A stretch of DNA of 11,082 bases from Candidatus Nanohaloarchaea archaeon (GTDB lineage Archaea; Nanohalarchaeota; Nanosalinia; Nanosalinales; Nanosalinaceae). The position numbers and the translations under genes are program-made. The stretch covers positions 2,356 through 13,437 of the forward strand of contig JBEQBQ010000022.1 in NCBI GenBank assembly GCA_041639695.1. Direction: 5' to 3'. The notes under the pieces were generated by a model, which had not been told where the DNA came from, searched no databases, and saw only the letters and a list, made by a program, of their open reading frames with translations. Positions 6,709 through 11,082 of the stretch are shown here, piece by piece (the first letter of the stretch is position 1; each line of letters starts with the position of its first letter).

Positions 6709-7382
6709 AAACGGTTGATGGATTGCTGTAGTATCTCTTTTACTTTTTCCTCATCGTTTTTCTCGATAGCTAAACGATACTTCTTGTCTATAGAATAAAG
6801 CTCTCCTTCAAACTCCTCTACACCGATTTTGAGGTTTTCTACAACCATTTCACCGTTCTTGAACACGCCTTTTTCATCGAACAAGGCCGGGAAATCTGTT
6901 TCGTACTCTTTTCCATCCAGTATCTGGTGTAGGAGTTTGGGGTATCGGAGTTCGTAGGCGTCTCTGCTGTAAACCTTGTAAGGTATTTCCCCTAATTTTT
7001 CTAGAAGTTGTTTGAAGCGGTCGAGAAGCGGTTTTTCGTTCGTTCTATAGACAGGTGTGCCTTCTTTGTTTACTGAGACGGATGCGTTAATTCTCGTAAG
7101 GATTTCGTCTAAGTGCTGAAAGGAAGAATTTAGTCGAAAAGGTTGAGAGTTCGAACCTCCTTTAAGCTTTCTAATTTGGAAATCTTCGAGAAACTCTTGA
7201 ACAAATTCTATCGGTAGGAAGACGTTTTTGCTTCTCCAGTTGTAGATCTTGGTCCTGCTGTAACCTGTTTTCTTCGCTACATCGTTTATTCCTTCTTTTT
7301 CTACGTTTTCCCAGAGCTTTTCCTCGTCTTCTTTACAAAGTTTTATCCTGGTGTTTTGGGGTAGGTCCCCAAGCTCTATCAT
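6681..7382 (-). CDS. HTH-containing protein with a degenerate LAGLIDADG-like domain (233 aa), probable DNA-binding protein
   Basis: HTH-like GINDVAKKTGYSRTKIYNWRS. LAGLIDADG-type pattern LDEILTRINASVSV...YRTNEKPLLDRFKQLLEKLG...YELRYPKLLHQIL and second motif FPALFDEKGVF. The 3' end overlaps the convergent gene by 28 nt. Confidence 0.75.
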   Translation of the reverse strand: MIELGDLPQNTRIKLCKEDEEKLWENVEKEGINDVAKKTGYSRTKIYNWRSKNVFLPIEFVQEFLEDFQIRKLKGGSNSQPFRLNSSFQHLDEILTRINASVSVNKEGTPVYRTNEKPLLDRFKQLLEKLGEIPYKVYSRDAYELRYPKLLHQILDGKEYETDFPALFDEKGVFKNGEMVVENLKIGVEEFEGELYSIDKKYRLAIEKNDEEKVKEILQQSINRFQGVSSPED

Positions 7383-7400
7383 CTGTACTGATCTATGTGG

Positions 7401-7445
7401 AGAGTCTTTTTAAGAGTCATATCCTCTTTCTCGGGTATAAGGTGA
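7401..7445. promoter_or_regulatory. Putative bidirectional TATA element (7407-7414) flanked by AGAGTC direct repeats; rpl12 SD GGTGA at 7441-7445
   Basis: Reads TTTTTAAG on plus and CTTAAAAA on minus. It is ~25 nt from the minus ATG at 7382 and ~25 nt from the likely rpl12 start just upstream of the SD. Confidence 0.55.
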
Positions 7446-7452
7446 AATAACT

Positions 7453-7761
7453 ATGGAACTAGTATACGCAGCACTTACACTACACGAAGCAGGCAAAGAA
7501 GTAAACGAAGACAACCTAAACGAAATCGTCGACGCAGCAGATCTAGATGTTGAAGACTCCGAGATCGCAGCACTAGTCGCAGCACTCGAAGACGTAGATA
7601 TTGAAGAAGCTATGGAGACCGCAGTCGCAGCAGGCGGCGCAGCTCCAGCACCTACAGCAGAAGACGAAGCTGAGTCCGAAGAAGAGGAAGCAGAAGAAGA
7701 GGAAGAAGAGGACGAAGCTGACGAGGACGAGGCAGCTGAAGGACTAGGAAGCATGTTCTAA
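7453..7761 (+). CDS. rpl12: 50S ribosomal protein L12 / acidic stalk protein P1
   Basis: MELVYAALTLHEAGKEVNEDNL, ALVAALEDVDIEEA, Ala-rich hinge, acidic stretch and C-terminal AAEGLGSMF. Confidence 0.98.
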   Translation: MELVYAALTLHEAGKEVNEDNLNEIVDAADLDVEDSEIAALVAALEDVDIEEAMETAVAAGGAAPAPTAEDEAESEEEEAEEEEEEDEADEDEAAEGLGSMF

Positions 7762-7771
7762 GTCCAAACCG

Positions 7772-7808
7772 CTTCTCCCACATTTTATTCCTTTCTTTAA
7801 TTCTCTCC
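7772..7808 (+). terminator. Pyrimidine/oligo-T terminator after rpl12
   Basis: cttctcccacattttattcctttctttaattctctcc downstream of the stop. Confidence 0.5.
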
Positions 7809-7811
7809 AAG

Positions 7812-7819
7812 TTTTTAAA
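7812..7819 (+). promoter_or_regulatory. TATA box for the membrane protein gene
   Basis: TTTTTAAA 26 nt upstream of ATG 7846, consistent with leaderless spacing. Confidence 0.6.
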
Positions 7820-7845
7820 CAGTTGAACGTTAATTAGATACTGAT

Positions 7846-8703
7846 ATGTCCCTAGATATTGTGGACACGATTAAATCGACCTTCGGAAGATTCAAAACCG
7901 GCGCAGGTCTAGGCGTACTAGGAATAGTTCTAGTGCTTGGACTTGTAGGACTTGGATTCACCTTCGTGTTACCCGACCTAATTATGATGGGCGGCATGGG
8001 AATCCTTGCAGCCGGAGTAGCAGGCATCCTTCTGGTTGTAGCAGGACTTGTTGGAACCGTAGGAATGCTTAGAAGCCTCGATTCAGGAAGTCTCGATATC
8101 GAGAACTTCACACAGAACGTGGCAAGACCCGTATTAAGTTATATAGGAGCTTCAATAGTAATAGCTGTCTTCGCGTTCATCGCAGTAATAATCGGCAGCT
8201 TCTCAGTTGGAGCCGTCACAGTAGTGCTCGCACAGCTTGGAGTAGCTGAACTTATCGGAATGCAGACACTGATGAGTCTTGCTCCAACACTTGTAGCGAT
8301 AGCCAGCGGTATTGTAGGGCTTTTCGCGCTATACCCTCTTCTAACGCTTTCGATCTCGGTCCCTAGGATCGCGATTGATGACGAGAGGATGTTCGAGGCG
8401 CTTGACAGCTCAGTTGTAACCACGAAAGGAATGAAGCTGGCGATGTTCCTATCTTCGCTGCCAATCCTAGTTCTCTACATCATCAACAGGATGACAGCAA
8501 GTATGGCTATGCCTGCACAGCAGATGGCAGGTACCACAGGCCAGCTAGGAACACAGTACGGCGGACAGATGCCAACACAGAGTTTAAGCTCCATGATGAC
8601 ACCGGAGCTTGGACCCGCAGTAGTTACAATCGCTGTCGGAGCAGTCTTCACCGCCTCACTCTACTCATTCGTGGTAGAGCTTAACCAGAGGCTTCCGGAG
8701 TAA
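7846..8703 (+). CDS. Polytopic membrane protein of unknown function (285 aa, ~6 TM segments)
   Basis: Several hydrophobic helices. The segment VPRIAIDDERMFEALDSSVVTTKG resembles the 'P..aid.....eAl..S...tkG' pattern common in uncharacterised archaeal membrane proteins. Q/M/G-rich loop before the last helix. Confidence 0.85.
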   Translation: MSLDIVDTIKSTFGRFKTGAGLGVLGIVLVLGLVGLGFTFVLPDLIMMGGMGILAAGVAGILLVVAGLVGTVGMLRSLDSGSLDIENFTQNVARPVLSYIGASIVIAVFAFIAVIIGSFSVGAVTVVLAQLGVAELIGMQTLMSLAPTLVAIASGIVGLFALYPLLTLSISVPRIAIDDERMFEALDSSVVTTKGMKLAMFLSSLPILVLYIINRMTASMAMPAQQMAGTTGQLGTQYGGQMPTQSLSSMMTPELGPAVVTIAVGAVFTASLYSFVVELNQRLPE

Positions 8704-8713
8704 AAAATCACTC

Positions 8714-8736
8714 GTTTTTTCTTTCCCTTTTTATTC
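8714..8736 (+). terminator. Oligo-T terminator after the membrane protein gene
   Basis: gttttttctttcccttttttattc downstream of the stop. Confidence 0.55.
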
Positions 8737-8775
8737 AGGATACACGATAAAAAAATTCCCGCGAAAACCTAGGGT

Positions 8776-11082
8776 ATGACAGGCCTCGACCAGTTAAAGA
8801 AAGAGATAAAGGAAGAAGCAAGCCAGAACCCGGAAAAGTTCTTCGCAACCGATGTACTCAGAGAGAAAGGTTTTGAGAGATCGGAATGTGAAAACTGCGG
8901 GATGTACTTCTGGTCAGCGGACAAAGAGAGAACTGTCTGCGGAGAGCCTGAATGTTCGGGCGGATACACCTTCATTAATGATTCTCCTACAGAGGAAGAG
9001 TTCAGCTACGAAGAGGCCTGGAACAAGTACAGAGATTTCATGACCTCAAGAGGGTACGAAGAGATTGATAGATACCCTACGATCGCACGTTGGAGAGAGG
9101 ACGTAGAGTTTACAGGAGCCTCGATTTACTGTTTCCAGCCTTACGTTGTTTCAGGAGAGGCAGAACCGCCTGCACCAGAACTAATTATTCCTCAGCCCTC
9201 ACTTCGTTTCAACGACGTGGACAACGTAGGTATTACAGGAAGACACTATGTATTGCATAACCATATCGGTCAGACCTGTTTCAGGGAAGCCGATGAATAC
9301 GATCAGGATCGTTACTTCCGTGACATGTTTGAATTCGCGGTCGAAGAGCTTGGTATTCCCCGAGAGAAACTTATACTACACGAGGACAGCTGGGGTGGCG
9401 GGGGAAACCTTGGAGCGTGCATGGAATTCTTCGTTGACGGCTTAGAGCTCTGGAACCAGGTCTACATGTTCTACGAGCAGACCCCAACAGGTTACGAGGA
9501 GCTCGACCTGAAAGTTCTAGACATGGGAATGGGCCATGAAAGAATTACCTGGATCAGCCACGGCACAGAAACCTCTTATGAATGCGTGATGCCGGAAGTC
9601 CTGGAAAACATGAAATCCAGAACCGGTATAGAAGTCGATCAAGAGGTCTGGGAGAGTTTCCTGCCTTACTCAAGCTTCCTGAACACGGACGAGGTCGATG
9701 ATATCGATGAGAAATGGAGAGAGATCGCTGAGGAAATGGATGTCAAAGTTGATAAGCTTAAACAGGAGATCAAACCAGTCAGTTCACTGTATTCGGTCGC
9801 CGAACATACTAGAGCACTGTTATTTGCTTTAGCTGATGGAAAGCTTCCTTCAAACACGGGCGGAGGCCACAACCTTAGAATGATCTTCAGAAGATCGATG
9901 GACTTCATCGAAAAATACGACTGGGACCTTGAATTGACAGAGGTAGCAGAATGGCACGCAGAAGAGCTAAAGCCTTTGTTCCCAGAACTCGAGGAAAAGC
10001 TGCCTGAAGTAAAAGAAATACTTGAAGTGGAGAAGAAAAAGTACGAAAAGTCCCGGATGAACGCTTTGGAGAGATTAGAGAAGATAAATGACCAGCCTTC
10101 CATAGAGGAAATGGTTGAGCTTTACGAAAGCCACGGTGTTTCACCTGAAATGATGGAGGAGCACGGTTTCGAAGTACCTGAAGACTTCTACTCCAGAATT
10201 GCGTCTGAAGATGAAAAAGTAGAGCAGGAGGAAGAAAAGTTCGATCTTTCGGACGTTGAAGAAACCGAACTACTGTTTTACGAGGATGAGAAGCAGAAAG
10301 AGTTTTCGGCAAGGGTTGTAGCTGAGAGAAATGAATGGATTATACTTGACAGAACCTGTTTCTACCCTGAGGGTGGAGGACAGGAGCCCGACAAAGGAAC
10401 TTTGAAGGTGGAGGACAGGGAGTTCGACATTACGGATGTACAGAAACAGGGCTACATCGTTCTTCACAAAGTTTCACGTGACGAGGACGGCGAACTACCT
10501 CAAGTAGGCGACAACGTGAAAGGACGAATTAACTGGGCTCGAAGACTCCAGTTAATGCAGCACCACACTTCGACCCACCTGGTTAACGGCGCGGCAAAGA
10601 AAGTGCTTGGAGACCATATCTGGCAGGCAGGCGCCCACAAAACAGTGGAGAAAGGAAGGCTTGACGTAACACACTACGAGAAGCTTACGCGTGAGAAACT
10701 GGATGAGATAGAGATGGAGGTTAGAGAAACCATCATGGAAGACCTAAGTGTGGAGAAACAGGTCTTGGAAAAGTCTGTTGCCGAGGAAAAGTATGGTTTC
10801 CGTATCTACCAGGGTGGCGCACCTCCGGGAAACGAAGTAAGAATCGTTACGATCAAGGAGGACGGCGAAATGTTCGATGTCGAGGCATGCGGAGGCACAC
10901 ACCTTGAATCGACCTCAGAGGCGGACTGGTTCGTTGTAACCAGTTCTACCAAGGTTCAGGACGGTGTAATCAGGTTGAACTACAAGGCCGGGGAAGCCGC
11001 ACAGGAATACATTAAACAGGTTGAGAGCCGTGTTGAAAGGATAGCGGAAAGGCTTGGTGCTGAAGAAACAAACGATTACAGA
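8776..11082 (+). CDS. alaS: Alanine--tRNA ligase, archaeal type (partial; runs off the right edge)
   Basis: Hand translation from ATG 8776 shows the N-terminal Zn-ribbon CENCGMYFWS...CGEPEC, RYPTIARWREDV, ASIYCFQP, QPSLRFNDVDNVGITGRH, WGGGGNLG, DMGMGHERI, FYPEGGGQEPD and editing motifs HHTSTH and EACGGTH, all in the same frame. Absent from the ORF track because no stop falls in the window. Confidence 0.98.
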   Translation, partial: MTGLDQLKKEIKEEASQNPEKFFATDVLREKGFERSECENCGMYFWSADKERTVCGEPECSGGYTFINDSPTEEEFSYEEAWNKYRDFMTSRGYEEIDRYPTIARWREDVEFTGASIYCFQPYVVSGEAEPPAPELIIPQPSLRFNDVDNVGITGRHYVLHNHIGQTCFREADEYDQDRYFRDMFEFAVEELGIPREKLILHEDSWGGGGNLGACMEFFVDGLELWNQVYMFYEQTPTGYEELDLKVLDMGMGHERITWISHGTETSYECVMPEVLENMKSRTGIEVDQEVWESFLPYSSFLNTDEVDDIDEKWREIAEEMDVKVDKLKQEIKPVSSLYSVAEHTRALLFALADGKLPSNTGGGHNLRMIFRRSMDFIEKYDWDLELTEVAEWHAEELKPLFPELEEKLPEVKEILEVEKKKYEKSRMNALERLEKINDQPSIEEMVELYESHGVSPEMMEEHGFEVPEDFYSRIASEDEKVEQEEEKFDLSDVEETELLFYEDEKQKEFSARVVAERNEWIILDRTCFYPEGGGQEPDKGTLKVEDREFDITDVQKQGYIVLHKVSRDEDGELPQVGDNVKGRINWARRLQLMQHHTSTHLVNGAAKKVLGDHIWQAGAHKTVEKGRLDVTHYEKLTREKLDEIEMEVRETIMEDLSVEKQVLEKSVAEEKYGFRIYQGGAPPGNEVRIVTIKEDGEMFDVEACGGTHLESTSEADWFVVTSSTKVQDGVIRLNYKAGEAAQEYIKQVESRVERIAERLGAEETNDYR

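Noticed and set aside
6681-7382. Intein or active mobile element
   Set aside because: No intein terminal motifs, no host gene interrupted in frame, no transposase or integrase, no terminal inverted repeats, and catalytic residues appear degenerate.
8758-8774. CCCGCGAAAAC resembling one strand of the uL1 mRNA-binding motif, upstream of alaS
   Set aside because: No complementary GGAG-containing strand nearby, and it probably lies upstream of the transcription start.
7410-10467. Small track ORFs overlapping rpl12, the membrane gene and alaS
   Set aside because: Shadows of real genes; the region from 8776 is explained by the alaS frame.
1-11082. CRISPR array, rRNA or tRNA genes
   Set aside because: No regularly spaced repeats or recognisable RNA-gene signatures were seen, and intergenic gaps are short and explained by promoters and terminators.

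Overview
Archaeal chromosomal window. The very acidic proteins, moderate GC and compact leaderless TATA promoters suggest a halophilic DPANN organism, probably Nanohaloarchaeota (inference). The backbone is the conserved cluster secE(sec61-gamma)-spt5-rpl11-rpl1-rpl10(P0)...rpl12(P1)...alaS. alaS starts at 8776, runs off the right edge and is missing from the ORF track. The cluster is interrupted twice. Between rpl10 and rpl12 is a ~3.9 kb module: a 926-aa secreted Cys/Trp-repeat adhesin-like protein, a translationally coupled leaderless pilin-like protein, and a convergent HTH plus degenerate LAGLIDADG-like protein that appears to share one TATA element with rpl12. Between rpl12 and alaS is a polytopic membrane protein gene. 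Left of secE are a small lipoprotein and an unannotated OB-fold-like ORF (minus strand, 309 to the left edge). The most unusual signals are a three-way-junction 5' leader that can sequester the secE Shine-Dalgarno, an identical C-terminal octapeptide (GDQSSGEE) on two otherwise unrelated small exported proteins 6 kb apart, and a P0 lacking its usual hydrophobic C-terminal motif.
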